Below, in pieces: positions 54,113-64,000 of a stretch of 64,000 nt of DNA. Origin of the DNA: an uncultured Clostridia bacterium (GTDB lineage: Bacteria; Bacillota; Clostridia; Peptostreptococcales; Anaerovoracaceae); contig CALXBQ010000046.1 of assembly GCA_944386595.1 (NCBI GenBank), positions 12,998 through 76,997 on the forward strand. The letters are read 5' to 3'. The number at the start of each line of letters is the position of its first letter. Positions within the stretch are counted from its first letter, which is position 1. Made by a program: the position numbers and the translations under genes. Below the pieces are notes generated by a model that saw nothing but the letters and a program-made list of their open reading frames with translations, did not search any database and was not told the origin of the DNA.

Positions 54113-55300
54113 TTAACGTCCTTTCCCGGGCTGACCCGTTATCTCCTCTATGGCCGCTTCAAGCTGAAGGTCTCTGCCCCTCTCGTCGCCTGTACCGGTC
54201 TCTATATCCGGCTTTACCCCTTTCTCATGAATGGTCGCTCCCGAAGGAGAAAAGTACTGTCTCGCAGTAAGGCTCACTCCCGTTCCGTCGTCAAAGAAAA
54301 CGGTCTCCTGAATGACCCCTTTGCCGTAGGTTCTCTCACCTATGAGCTTTCCTCCGCCGTTGTCCTTTACTGCCGCAGCCACTATTTCCGCAGCGCTTGC
54401 CGTCTCACCGTCTACGAGAAGAACGTACTTCAGCGAAGTGCATACGCTGTCGGAATTGAAGGTTTCCCTGTCACCGTTTTTGTCCTCGGTGTACACTATG
54501 GTCCCCTCGGGGAGGAGCGCGTCCGCAATGGCTATTCCCTGCTCCATCAGCCCCCCGGAATTACCTCTCAGGTCTATGATTACGCCTTGAACCTGTCTTT
54601 TCTCCATGGCCGAAAGCTCCGAGGCAAAGTCGTCGGCCGTCTTTTCGCCGAAGGTCTTAATGCGTATGTATCCGACGTTATCCTCCAGCATAACCGAATT
54701 TACGCTGCTGTCCCGGATTTCGCCGCGAACCAGAGAGACCGTCGTTTCCTCCCCGTCTCTCTCATATGTTACTGATACCGTTGTCCCAGCCTCTCCGTAA
54801 AGAGCCGAGGAGACCTCCTCCGTGGTCGACACTTTTTTTCCGTCTATTTTTCTGATTATGTCTCCCGCTTCAATGCCCGACGCGTCCGCAGGGCTTTCCG
54901 AAATTACGTCGCTTACGGCGGGAGCTCCGTCTTCATTTTCGTAAATCCTGATTCCCACGCCCACCATGTCGCCGGACAGGCGGCTCTCCATACCCGCTAT
55001 TTCCTCTTCGCTCAGGTATCTGCTGTAGGGATCTCCCAGGGCTGCTAAAAGAGCGTCGCAGGCCGCCTCCAAAAGCGCGTTTTCGTCGGCGTCCCAGAGA
55101 TAGTCGCTTTCTATAAGCTCTTCTATTTCGGCAAGCTTTGCGTACCTCCTTGCGGTTTCCCGGTAGTCCTCATATGTCTTTTCGTCGGCGAGCATGGTGC
55201 CGGTGGCCTTCATCCATCCGTAAACGCCTCCTGCGGTTACCCCGACGCCGAGGACAAAGGCTGCCGCTGCCGCTATTATTCTTTTCTTTCCTTCGTTCAT
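54113..55300 (-). CDS. S41-family C-terminal processing peptidase
   Basis: N-terminal TM anchor, PDZ-like segment (GIEAGDIIRKIDGK) and IIDLRGNSGG...ETASAAEI catalytic region. Confidence 0.85.
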   Translation of the reverse strand: MNEGKKRIIAAAAAFVLGVGVTAGGVYGWMKATGTMLADEKTYEDYRETARRYAKLAEIEELIESDYLWDADENALLEAACDALLAALGDPYSRYLSEEEIAGMESRLSGDMVGVGIRIYENEDGAPAVSDVISESPADASGIEAGDIIRKIDGKKVSTTEEVSSALYGEAGTTVSVTYERDGEETTVSLVRGEIRDSSVNSVMLEDNVGYIRIKTFGEKTADDFASELSAMEKRQVQGVIIDLRGNSGGLMEQGIAIADALLPEGTIVYTEDKNGDRETFNSDSVCTSLKYVLLVDGETASAAEIVAAAVKDNGGGKLIGERTYGKGVIQETVFFDDGTGVSLTARQYFSPSGATIHEKGVKPDIETGTGDERGRDLQLEAAIEEITGQPGKGR

Positions 55301-55319
55301 CTCAATCGTCTCCGCCGGA

Positions 55320-56975
55320 TTACCTGGCTCCGGTTACCTGAAGCTGCAGGTATTTTCTTCCGTTCCAGCTCTGACCGCTCAAAAATCCCTTTAACGTTAC
55401 GGCTTTTCCTGCCCCTTCGTCTCCCCGGGATCTGATTACCGCTTCCGTATCGTCGGCGTTTTTAAAATCCACGCATCTGAGCTCCCTGCCGTCTCCGAGG
55501 ACCGCCGTAAAGCTCAGGTACTTTCCGTCCCTTCCGATTCGCTTAAGGGCTCTTGCAGACGCCGAAATCACCACCTCGGGCTCCGGATTGTCCCTGCCAA
55601 AGGGCGCAATCCGCGCAAGCTGCTCCGCAGTTTTAAGTGTAACTTCCGAGGAATCAAAAAATATATCCCCGAACGGTCTTTCTTCGCGCAGGCAGCGGGC
55701 CTCCTCCAGCATAGGTTCAATATCTCTTTTCAGATTCTCCCGCAGCCGGGGAAGCTTATCCTTTTCCATGGTGAAGCCGCAGGCTGCGCTGTGGCCCCCG
55801 AACTTAAGAAAAAGCTCTCTGCTCCTGTTCAGCAGGTCGAATATGTTTATGCCTTCCACGCTTCTCCCCGTTCCCTTTAGCAGGCCGTTTTCCGTCGGCG
55901 TAACGATGATTGCCGGCTTTGAGAAGCGTTCCTTCAGCTTTCCCGCAACTATTCCCGTTATGCCCTCGTGGGCATCGTCAGCCTCTACAAGCAGAACGTC
56001 GTCCTGCTCATATTTCTCCGAGACAACGGCGCAGCACTTCTGAAACTCCTTTTCCTGAACGTCCCTGCGCTGTCTGTTTAGCTCCGTAAGCTTTTCCGCC
56101 AGAGCGCGGGCTTTTTCGTCGTCCTTCGTTCTGAGAAGCTCCACGGCCACGGACGCGTCCTCCATGCGACCCGCAGCATTGAGGTGAGGCACTATGACGA
56201 AGGAAATCTGCTCCGGGGTTATATGTCCCGGCTTAAGGCCTGCCGCTTCGGCGAGAGCCTTGAGTCCTTTTCTCTCTCCCAGATTCAGCATTCTTATTCC
56301 GTACTTGGCCCACGTCCTGTTTTCGTCTCTTAAGGGAACGATGTCGCCTATGGTTCCTATCCCCACCAGATCCAGATTTCCCGTGAGAACCCTTCTGTCG
56401 AGGCCCGCGGAATCCGCCAGGGCCTGCGCCAGCTTGAACGCTACTCCCACACCCGCAAGGTAGTTAAACGGGTACGGGCAGTCCTCCCTGGCAGGGTTTA
56501 TGAACGGGCAGTCCGGGGCCAGCTCCTTTACGGCCGTATGGTGATCGGTAACCACCATCTTAAGACCCAGGCTCTCTCCGTACCTTACCTCCTCCGCCGA
56601 CACGCTGCCGCAGTCCACGGTTATGACAAGGCCTGCGCCTGCCTCACGTATCCTGTAAAGGGCTTCACGGTTCAGGCCGTACCCTTCGTCAAAACGTGAA
56701 GGTATGTAGTAGAAGACGTCGTCGGTAAGCTCCGAAAGGACGTCCGTAAGCAGCGCCACCGAAGTGATTCCGTCGGCATCGTAGTCTCCGTAGACGCACA
56801 CGGTCTCCCCTTCGTCTATGGCTGATAATATTAAATCCACCCCCGGGTCCATATCAAGGAGCAGGAATGGATCGTATGCTTTGCGGGGTTTGTCGGAGAG
56901 GAACTCAGAGAGCTCCTCTTCCGTATCATATCCCAGTGTGTTCAGATATTCCAGTATCTTATGATTCAGTTCCAT
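55320..56975 (-). CDS. recJ: single-stranded-DNA-specific exonuclease RecJ
   Basis: DHH motifs: VYGDYDADGITS, VITVDCG, VVTDHH, GGHSAACG. Confidence 0.9.
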   Translation of the reverse strand: MELNHKILEYLNTLGYDTEEELSEFLSDKPRKAYDPFLLLDMDPGVDLILSAIDEGETVCVYGDYDADGITSVALLTDVLSELTDDVFYYIPSRFDEGYGLNREALYRIREAGAGLVITVDCGSVSAEEVRYGESLGLKMVVTDHHTAVKELAPDCPFINPAREDCPYPFNYLAGVGVAFKLAQALADSAGLDRRVLTGNLDLVGIGTIGDIVPLRDENRTWAKYGIRMLNLGERKGLKALAEAAGLKPGHITPEQISFVIVPHLNAAGRMEDASVAVELLRTKDDEKARALAEKLTELNRQRRDVQEKEFQKCCAVVSEKYEQDDVLLVEADDAHEGITGIVAGKLKERFSKPAIIVTPTENGLLKGTGRSVEGINIFDLLNRSRELFLKFGGHSAACGFTMEKDKLPRLRENLKRDIEPMLEEARCLREERPFGDIFFDSSEVTLKTAEQLARIAPFGRDNPEPEVVISASARALKRIGRDGKYLSFTAVLGDGRELRCVDFKNADDTEAVIRSRGDEGAGKAVTLKGFLSGQSWNGRKYLQLQVTGAR

Positions 56976-57003
56976 ATCGTAAGTTCTTATCCCAATCCGC
57001 TAA

Positions 57004-58077
57004 TTAAGACAGGTAGTTCCGCGGTTCCGTAACCACTCCGTTTATTCTCACCTCGAAGTGACAGTGAGGTCCCGTGGAGTTTCCGGTGGAGCCTGCGGCC
57101 GCTATGGTCTGTCCCTTGCTCACCTGCTGTCCCACGCTGACGTTAAGGGCGCTGTTGTGCCCGTAAAGGGTGGAAATTCCGCCGCCGTGGTCTATTACCA
57201 CGCAGTTTCCGTATCCGCCGTACCACTGGGCCAAAATTACGGTTCCCGACTCGGCTGCCGCTATGGCCGTTCCCGTAGGTACCGCTATGTCCATACCGCT
57301 GTGGTATCTGTAATCTCCGAATATAGGGTGAATTCTCCAGCCGAAGTAGGAGGTTATGGTTCCGTAGCATGGCCACTGGAAGCTTCCGCTTCCCTCATAC
57401 TCTTTATCCGGATTCTGACTTGCCGCAATCTGAGCGCTAATGTTGGCCGCATCGGCATTGAGTTCGTCAAGCTTTGCGTCCAGGGCGTCAAGCTCGGCCT
57501 GCATGGAATCCTTCTTCTCCTGAGCTTCCTTCTGCTTCTCGCTGAGAGCCTTCTTCTCCTCTTCAAGAGCCGCCTGCTGTCTTTCCAGCTCCGCGTACTG
57601 CTGCTCCAGAAGCTGCTGCTGCTTTTCCAGCTCGTTCATGGTCTCCTGATCGCTCTGATAGAGTCTCTGAACCATGGAGAGGTTGCTTAGGAATTCGGAA
57701 AGGCTGTTGGATCCCAGGATAACGTCTATATATCCTACAGAGCCGTTCTTGTACATGGTTCTCAGCCTGAGCCCCAAGTCCTCTTCTCTCTGCTCTATAT
57801 CCTTCTTAGTCTTTTCTATCTTTTCCTTGGTTGCTTTAATCTCGGCCTCGGCAGCTGCTATTTCGGCTTCCTTTGCGGAGACGGCAGCCTCGATTTCGTC
57901 AAGCTCCGCCTTCTGCTTTTCCAGGCTGTCCTCAAGCTCAGCCATGTCGTTTGAAACCTGGTCCTTCTGGTTGTTAATGTCTTCAAGCTCGCTGTTCAGG
58001 TCCGCATATACGTACGCCGGAACCATGGCAAGAACCAGCAGCGCGGCAAGAGCGCATGACAGGATTTTCTTTTTCAT
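57004..58077 (-). CDS. coiled-coil M23-family peptidoglycan hydrolase/activator
   Basis: Signal peptide, about 200 aa of heptad-rich sequence, then YHSGMDIAVPTGTAI...HGGGISTLYGHNS...GPHCHFEV (LytM/M23 motifs). Sits next to ftsEX. Confidence 0.85.
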   Translation of the reverse strand: MKKKILSCALAALLVLAMVPAYVYADLNSELEDINNQKDQVSNDMAELEDSLEKQKAELDEIEAAVSAKEAEIAAAEAEIKATKEKIEKTKKDIEQREEDLGLRLRTMYKNGSVGYIDVILGSNSLSEFLSNLSMVQRLYQSDQETMNELEKQQQLLEQQYAELERQQAALEEEKKALSEKQKEAQEKKDSMQAELDALDAKLDELNADAANISAQIAASQNPDKEYEGSGSFQWPCYGTITSYFGWRIHPIFGDYRYHSGMDIAVPTGTAIAAAESGTVILAQWYGGYGNCVVIDHGGGISTLYGHNSALNVSVGQQVSKGQTIAAAGSTGNSTGPHCHFEVRINGVVTEPRNYLS

Positions 58078-58098
58078 CTTCCAAAGTCTCTCCCTTCA

Positions 58099-58989
58099 TC
58101 AGGTATCAAGAAATCTCCTCATGGATATTATGCTTCCGCAGGCGCCTATGGATACTCCCATGGCTGCGAAAACGGCCACCAGGTTCATGGCAAGGTAAGT
58201 TGCCGGAACCATCGGGCAGGACAGGATAGTCATGACGTCCGTCCCTATGATATCCACTATCTTATCGTATATCAGATAGGTAACTCCCGCCGAAACCAGC
58301 GCGGAGAATATGCCTATTATTATACCTTCGACCAGGAACGGTCCCCTTATGAACCAGTTGGACGCTCCTATGTACTTCATTATGGAAATCTCTCTGGCTC
58401 TTGCAAAAACCGTAAGCTTTATGGTGTTGGATACCACCACCACCGAAACCACTATGAGGAACGCCATGACCACCAGAGCGCCTATCTGAAGGGAATCGGT
58501 TATGGACGTCAGCTTTTCAACGGTTTCCTTGTAGTACTTCACGTCCTCGATTCCGTCCATCCCTTCCGCCGCCTCGGTAATCTTTGAAGCGTTTTCAGGA
58601 GAGTCAACCGTTACGAGAACTGAATCCGGCAGAGGGTTGTCTCCCAGAGAATCCAGAAGATATCCGTTTTCTCCCCACCTCTGCTTCATTATCTTCATGG
58701 CGTCGTCCTTTGAGCGGAAGGCAACCTCCTGAACCCCCGGCTCGTTTTCGAACTTGTCCATTATGGCCTGGGCTTCGTCGGCATCGGTTCCGTCCTCCAG
58801 GAAGAATTCCACCTCGTCGTATTCGGATTTCAGCATTTCCGAAAAGAGATTCACGTTTACCGTTATTACGAAAAAGAGTCCCAGTATGAGCATCATGGCG
58901 GTTATGGCAAACACCGAAGCCAGGCTCATACCCTTGTTTCTGCCTATCTGAAGGAAGGCCTGCTTGAGATTATAGCCTATCGTACGCAT
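58099..58989 (-). CDS. ftsX: cell-division ABC transporter permease FtsX
   Basis: 4-TM FtsX topology with a large extracellular loop. ATG 58989 lies 9 nt after GGAGGAGG. The track start at 58995 is TTG. Confidence 0.85.
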   Translation of the reverse strand: MRTIGYNLKQAFLQIGRNKGMSLASVFAITAMMLILGLFFVITVNVNLFSEMLKSEYDEVEFFLEDGTDADEAQAIMDKFENEPGVQEVAFRSKDDAMKIMKQRWGENGYLLDSLGDNPLPDSVLVTVDSPENASKITEAAEGMDGIEDVKYYKETVEKLTSITDSLQIGALVVMAFLIVVSVVVVSNTIKLTVFARAREISIMKYIGASNWFIRGPFLVEGIIIGIFSALVSAGVTYLIYDKIVDIIGTDVMTILSCPMVPATYLAMNLVAVFAAMGVSIGACGSIISMRRFLDT

Positions 58990-59701
58990 CGTCAAAGACC
59001 TCCTCCTTCACATCGTCCTGCGCCATTTCATAGCCGTACTGTCCCTGCTCGTCTCTTACGATGTGGCCGGACTCTATGGCGATAACGCGCTTATTCATCT
59101 TGTCAACTATATCCTTGGCATGGGTAACCATAACTATGGTAGTTCCCGACATATTTATCTTATTCAGCAGATCCATGATGTCGTCTGCCGTTGCAGGGTC
59201 AAGATTTCCCGTAGGCTCGTCCGCAATGAGAAGGGACGGCTTATTTATTATGGCGCGGGCTATGGCAACTCTCTGCTGCTCGCCGGCGGAAAGCTCGTCC
59301 GGGTATTTATCGGCCTTATCGGGAATTCCAACCAGGGCGAGAGCCTGAGGAACCCTCTTCTTTATCTGCTTTCTGGACTTATGGAGGATCTCCATGGCAA
59401 AGGCCACGTTCTCGTAAACCGTCTTCTTCGGAAGAAGCCTGAAGTCCTGAAACACTATTCCTATCTTTCTTCTGAGCAGCGGAACCTCTCGGTTGCTGAG
59501 GCGGGTCACCTCCTGACCGTCTACGACTATGCTGCCCGAATCGGCGTCTATCTCCTTAAGAAGGAGCTTGATGAACGTGGATTTTCCGGCTCCGCTGGGG
59601 CCTACCAGAAACACGAAATCGCCCTTATCTATATGTATGCTGGCATCTTCCAGACCAATATTGCTGGAATATGTCTTAGTAACATTCTCAAGAGTTATCA
59701 T
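58970..59701 (-). CDS. ftsE: cell-division ABC transporter ATPase FtsE
   Basis: [40 protein letters not shown]. Confidence 0.9.
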   Translation of the reverse strand: MITLENVTKTYSSNIGLEDASIHIDKGDFVFLVGPSGAGKSTFIKLLLKEIDADSGSIVVDGQEVTRLSNREVPLLRRKIGIVFQDFRLLPKKTVYENVAFAMEILHKSRKQIKKRVPQALALVGIPDKADKYPDELSAGEQQRVAIARAIINKPSLLIADEPTGNLDPATADDIMDLLNKINMSGTTIVMVTHAKDIVDKMNKRVIAIESGHIVRDEQGQYGYEMAQDDVKEEVFDDAYDRL

Positions 59702-59783
59702 CGAATTACCTCATCAAAACTTTTTCGCGTACACAGGCTACATTATACTACAAAATCTATTTTTTTTAAACCGCCATAAGCCA

Positions 59784-60566
59784 TTATATTCCAAGACTTT
59801 GTGAAATTTTAGTGAAAATGCTGTCATATTCTGACATTACCTCCCTGTCGCTGTGGGCAAGTCCGCACCTGAACTCGGCCGTATATATCTTCTCTGCCGG
59901 CACATCCCCCGCGAACAAAATCTGCTCTTCCCGAAGGAATCCCTGAACCTGCCTTTTGCTGACGCCGTCGTTCATTCTGTTTACGACCCACAGGATTCTG
60001 TTTCCCGCAGCTCCTGTTTTCTTAAGGGCCTTTATCCTGTCCTTCTGCCGCAGGAGCTTCGAGGGCATGGGGTCCGCCACCGCTATTATGAGATCCATGT
60101 CCAGAAGATGTCTGTCAAGGCCCTCGTCTGCCTGCACGTCGAACACCTGAATCGTCCCCCGCGCCGTGGATATGAGCCTTGCCGTCTCTCCCGGATCAAG
60201 CTCCACGCCGCAGGCGGCGTCCTCCTCCGTAATGACTCTCCAGAACACGCCGTCCACGGGATTTTCCCCCTCCTTCAGAGGCTTTGAATCCTTTACGGCG
60301 GAGTAGACGGACGTTACGTTTTCCTTTCCAAGCCTCCTGTCCAGGGCGAGACTGTCGTACATGAGCCTTCTCATTTCCGCCGGTCTTCCCACCTCGGTGT
60401 AACTGGTTCTTACCCCTTTACGCGCAAAAAACAGGCAGAGGCCTGAGGCGATAAAAGTCGCCCCTACGCACTCTCCTGTTCCCGTCACAGCTATTTTTCT
60501 CACTCCGGAAGGATATACGAATCCTCCGGCGTTTCCGCTTTTAACCGCAAATCGTTCCTTAAACAT
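59784..60566 (-). CDS. hypothetical protein, possibly ParA/MinD-like fold with a degenerate P-loop
   Basis: KIAVTGTGECVGATFIASGL sits where a deviant Walker A would be but lacks the Lys. A later DLIIAVADP is Walker-B-like. The call is weak. Confidence 0.4.
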   Translation of the reverse strand: MFKERFAVKSGNAGGFVYPSGVRKIAVTGTGECVGATFIASGLCLFFARKGVRTSYTEVGRPAEMRRLMYDSLALDRRLGKENVTSVYSAVKDSKPLKEGENPVDGVFWRVITEEDAACGVELDPGETARLISTARGTIQVFDVQADEGLDRHLLDMDLIIAVADPMPSKLLRQKDRIKALKKTGAAGNRILWVVNRMNDGVSKRQVQGFLREEQILFAGDVPAEKIYTAEFRCGLAHSDREVMSEYDSIFTKISQSLGI

Positions 60567-60665
60567 GATTTCTCCCCGATCTGTCGTTTAAGCCCCGATT
60601 CTTTAAGTCCCGTTTATTTTAATCGATCCGGTTCTATGTAATTCAATGTATTTGATGCCTTTATT

Positions 60666-62162
60666 TTACAGCACTTCTCCGCCCGGCGCAAGCTGTTTTT
60701 TCTCGAGAAGGGCCACGGCTTCCGATTCGGCCGTGTGAGGAAACATATCCACCGGCGCGGCCTTTGTCAGAACGTAGCCAAGTCCCGAAAGGTACTTCAC
60801 GTCTCTGGACAGGGTTCCGCTGTCGCAGGAGACGTAGACGATTCTTTTTGCCCCCGCTTTTGCCACGGCATCTAAGAGCTCTTCCCTGCACCCTGCCCGA
60901 GGCGGATCGAGAACGGCTATGTCTGCCTTTTCAAGAGTTATTCCGCCAACCTCTTCACCGCCTGCAAGACGAGGCAGAACCTCCTCCGCCTTTCCGCATA
61001 TGTATCTGGCGTTTACGATTCCGTTTATAACGGCGTTTCTGTTGGCGTCAAGAACCGCATCTCTGACCGATTCTATTCCTATGACCGTCCCTGCGCCTTT
61101 TCTTGCAAGCCACAGGCCGATGCTTCCCACGCCGCAGTAAAGGTCGAGAACCGTCTTTCCCGAAAGTCCTTCCTTCCCTCCCGCAAAATCTGCGGCGATG
61201 TCGTAAAGACTTTCCATCTGAACCGGGTTTACCTGATAGAAGGACGCCGGCGAAATCTCAAAATCTAGCCCGCCTATGCGTTCGTGTATCACCGGGCTTC
61301 CCGCCACGGTCGTAAATTCGTCGCCGAAGACGCTTCCCCGGCCGTTCCCCTTTTTGCAGCTTACGACAACGCTTTCAAGGCTGTATTCCGTTCCGTCAGG
61401 TCCCGGCGGTAGGTCGTATATTGCGTCGTCCAGCATGCCGATAAGCTTCTGCGCGTTGGGAATTCCTTTGCCGTTTATGACAAAGACTGCCATCACCTCT
61501 CCGGTGCCGAAAGCGGTTCTTATCATCATGTGACGCATGAGACCCTTTTCCCACTTCGGGTCGTAGGCCGTAATGTTATCCGATATCATAAACTCCTTTA
61601 CGGCGCGGGCAGCGGCTGCCACCGTCGGCGCCTGAAGCATGCAGTCGCCGCAGTCCACCACGTCATGGCTTCCCCGGCGGTGAAAGCCTATTACGGGCTC
61701 TCCCGCGTTTTTCTGTATGCCGCCCTTCAGCGTTATGAGACCTCCTGCCGTAATCTCCATGACGGCTTTGTTCCTGTATCTGAAAGGCTCCTCCATGGTT
61801 ACCGTGTCGGACGCTATTCCGTCCGCCCGGGCTCCGCCTATTCTCTCAAGCCTGTCCGAAAGGTGCTTTTTCCTTATTTCGGCCTGAGCCTCGTATGCCA
61901 GGGTGCCGAAAGGGCACCCTCCGCACTCTCCCGCTGCCGGGCAGAACGGCTCCCTGCGGTCCTTCGACGGCTCCTCCACGGATATGAGCTCTCCTTCGGC
62001 AAAATTCTTCTTCACCTTGGAAAGCCTTGCCGTCACTACGTCTCCCGTCACCGCTCCCGGAACAAAAACAGCAAAGCCGGCATCTTTTCCGATTCCGGCT
62101 CCGCTGTCCGCCATGTCAACTATCTTAACTTTTACCGTTTCACCTTTTGTTCTCTTTTCCAT
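60666..62162 (-). CDS. TRAM-domain 23S rRNA (uracil-5)-methyltransferase, RlmD/RumA family
   Basis: N-terminal TRAM (VKIVDMADSGAGIGK...VTARLSKVKKNFAEGEL), Cys cluster CPAAGECGGCPF, SAM motif LDLYCGVGSIGL, and catalytic YVSCD. Confidence 0.85.
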   Translation of the reverse strand: MEKRTKGETVKVKIVDMADSGAGIGKDAGFAVFVPGAVTGDVVTARLSKVKKNFAEGELISVEEPSKDRREPFCPAAGECGGCPFGTLAYEAQAEIRKKHLSDRLERIGGARADGIASDTVTMEEPFRYRNKAVMEITAGGLITLKGGIQKNAGEPVIGFHRRGSHDVVDCGDCMLQAPTVAAAARAVKEFMISDNITAYDPKWEKGLMRHMMIRTAFGTGEVMAVFVINGKGIPNAQKLIGMLDDAIYDLPPGPDGTEYSLESVVVSCKKGNGRGSVFGDEFTTVAGSPVIHERIGGLDFEISPASFYQVNPVQMESLYDIAADFAGGKEGLSGKTVLDLYCGVGSIGLWLARKGAGTVIGIESVRDAVLDANRNAVINGIVNARYICGKAEEVLPRLAGGEEVGGITLEKADIAVLDPPRAGCREELLDAVAKAGAKRIVYVSCDSGTLSRDVKYLSGLGYVLTKAAPVDMFPHTAESEAVALLEKKQLAPGGEVL

Positions 62163-62178
62163 TGGTTCACCGACAGGC

Positions 62179-63108
62179 TTAATATACTTCTCTCACGGCC
62201 TTCACTATGTCGGCCGCCGTCATGCCGTACTTTTCCTTAAGCTCCTCAGGCTTACCCGACTCGCCGTAGGTGTCGTGCTGGCCCACCATCTCGATTCTCA
62301 CAGGGCAGTGCTTTGACGTCACCTCTGCTACCGCAGAGCCCAGTCCGCCTATGACGGAGTGCTCTTCGGCGGTTACGATTTTTCCCGTGGTCTTCGCTGC
62401 GTTTATGACGGCCTCCTCGTCCAGAGGCTTTATGGTGTGCATGTCTATCACGCCTACGTCGATTCCTTCCTCTGCAAGCTGAGATGCGGCCATCATGGCC
62501 TCGGAAACCATTATGCCCGTCGCGATGACCGTAACGTCCCTTCCTTCCCTGAGGACGTTGGCTTTTCCTATGGTTACGGAATCCTCCTCGTTATAGAAAA
62601 CGGGAACGGCCGCTCTTCCAAGCCTTACGTATGCCGGGCCCTTAAATCCTATAACCTGCTCCAAAAGCTTTTCGGCGCTTACGGCGTCGCACGGGTTCAC
62701 CACGGTCATGCCCGGTATGGTCCTCATAAGGGCGATGTCCTCGAAAGTCTGGTGGCTGGCGCCGTCCTCGCCTACGGTGATTCCCGCATGGGTCGCGCAG
62801 ACTTTGACGTTGGCCCCCGTATATCCTATGGAATTTCTTATTATCTCAAAAGCTCTTCCAGCCGCGAACATTGCAAATGTGGAAGCGCAGACGGTCTTTC
62901 CCGAAAGAGCCAGCCCCGCAGCCGTGCCGTAAAGGTTCTGCTCGGCGATGCCCATGTTGAAAAATCTCTCCGGATACGCCTTCGCAAATTCCGCGGTCAT
63001 GGTGGACTTGGAAAGGTCGGCGTCCATTACGATAAGGTCCTTGTCGGTCTCTCCCAGCTTTACAAGAGTCTTTCCGTAAGCTGCTCTCGTTGCGATTTTG
63101 TCTGTCAT
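62179..63108 (-). CDS. transketolase, C-terminal (pyrimidine-binding) subunit
   Basis: RAAYGKTLVKLG..., FNMGIAEQNL, HAGITVGEDGASHQ. ATG 63108 overlaps the upstream TAA (TAATG). Confidence 0.9.
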   Translation of the reverse strand: MTDKIATRAAYGKTLVKLGETDKDLIVMDADLSKSTMTAEFAKAYPERFFNMGIAEQNLYGTAAGLALSGKTVCASTFAMFAAGRAFEIIRNSIGYTGANVKVCATHAGITVGEDGASHQTFEDIALMRTIPGMTVVNPCDAVSAEKLLEQVIGFKGPAYVRLGRAAVPVFYNEEDSVTIGKANVLREGRDVTVIATGIMVSEAMMAASQLAEEGIDVGVIDMHTIKPLDEEAVINAAKTTGKIVTAEEHSVIGGLGSAVAEVTSKHCPVRIEMVGQHDTYGESGKPEELKEKYGMTAADIVKAVREVY

Positions 63109-63926
63109 TACCACTCACCTCCAAGTTCCTCTACTGCCTGCTTTGCCTGCTCCTCGTTCGGGGCCTTGCCGTGCCAGCCCGCTTCGTCCTCCATGAAGGA
63201 AACGCCTTTTCCCTTATGGGTTTTCGCTATGATCGCGGTCGGCTTTCCCTTGCACTCTCTGGCCTGATCAAAGGCTTTAAATATCTCCTCAAAATCGTGT
63301 CCGTCTATTACGATGACGTTCCAACCGAAGGCCCTGAATTTCTCGTCCACAGGTGCAACGGTCATGACCTTTTCGTTGGGGCCGTCTATCTGAAGTCCGT
63401 TGTAGTCGAGAATCGCCACCAGATTGTCCAGCTTATAGTGAGCCGCCGACATTGCGGCCTCCCACACCAGGCCCTCCTGAATCTCGCCGTCGCCTAAAAG
63501 GGTGTAGATTCTTCCCGGATTTCCGTCTATCTTATTCGCAAGAGCCATTCCTACGGACACGGAAATCCCCTGGCCCAGGGAGCCCGTGGACATCTCAATG
63601 CCCGGGACCTTGTGCATGTTCGGGTGTCCCTGAAACGGACTGCCCAGTTTTCTAAGGCTCATCATATCCTCCACCGGATAATATCCCCTCTCAGCAAGGG
63701 CCGCATACTGCACCGGGCCCGCGTGACCCTTTGACAGTATGAACTTGTCCCTGTCCGGCTTGTCCGGGTTCTTCGGGTCGATGTTCATCTCCTTAAAATA
63801 GAGCGCCGTAACGATGTCGGCGGCGGAAAGGCTTCCGCCCGGGTGTCCCGACCCTGCGTGGTATATGGCCTTTATAACGTCAATTCTGACCCTTGCGGCC
63901 ACATCGGCAAAATACTTTGTGTCCAT
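63108..63926 (-). CDS. transketolase, N-terminal (TPP-binding) subunit
   Basis: GSGHPGGSLSAADI, SKGHAGP, GSLGQGISVSVGMA, GDGEIQEG. ATG 63926 follows AAGGAG. Confidence 0.9.
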   Translation of the reverse strand: MDTKYFADVAARVRIDVIKAIYHAGSGHPGGSLSAADIVTALYFKEMNIDPKNPDKPDRDKFILSKGHAGPVQYAALAERGYYPVEDMMSLRKLGSPFQGHPNMHKVPGIEMSTGSLGQGISVSVGMALANKIDGNPGRIYTLLGDGEIQEGLVWEAAMSAAHYKLDNLVAILDYNGLQIDGPNEKVMTVAPVDEKFRAFGWNVIVIDGHDFEEIFKAFDQARECKGKPTAIIAKTHKGKGVSFMEDEAGWHGKAPNEEQAKQAVEELGGEW

Positions 63927-64000
63927 AGCGTATCTCCTTATATAATCATTTGCACCGGCTGACATGAATTACCGCATCAGGCAGCCTCTCTACAATATCC

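Overview
Chromosomal segment of a Gram-positive anaerobe. The gene content looks Clostridia-like: folC, sufC/sufBD, queT, scpAB, mtnA, crcB, feoAB, recX, recJ, ftsEX and a split transketolase. Core genes are GC-rich and mostly on the minus strand. All protein-family calls come from motifs read by eye and from memory; no database search was run.

A lower-GC accessory locus of about 23.5 kb lies between queT (4.75-5.24 kb) and a PhzF-family gene (29.05 kb). It holds seven co-oriented paralogous secreted proteins of 615-656 aa. They share near-identical signal peptides and leaders, have divergent N-terminal domains, and end in a conserved triple CWB2 cell-wall-binding module. This looks like an S-layer or cell-wall-protein repertoire.

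Non-coding structure around these genes:
- Five paralogs have a near-consensus TTGACA / TATACT promoter whose spacer contains a G8-G9 homopolymer (C-run on the plus strand). This is a candidate slipped-strand phase-variation switch.
- A 13-nt box at the predicted 5' end of each mRNA is the exact reverse complement of a box placed right after the stop codon.
- A conserved ~200-nt 3' UTR carries covarying hairpins and an inverted pseudo-leader that includes an anti-SD CCTCC.

Other elements embedded in or next to the array:
- a type I toxin-antitoxin-like module: a 25-aa hydrophobic peptide, a convergent ~90-nt sRNA and a shared bidirectional terminator;
- an XRE / ImmA / PIN triad with a perfect 12-bp inverted-repeat operator;
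- a very AT-rich cassette in which a membrane ORF and a TPR-like ORF share one frame, split by a single TAG;
- five phased (52-53 bp) copies of a GGGCCA/TGGCCC inverted-repeat unit at the array's right edge.

A preQ1-I-like riboswitch precedes queT. The rest of the window (29-64 kb) is ordinary housekeeping sequence.
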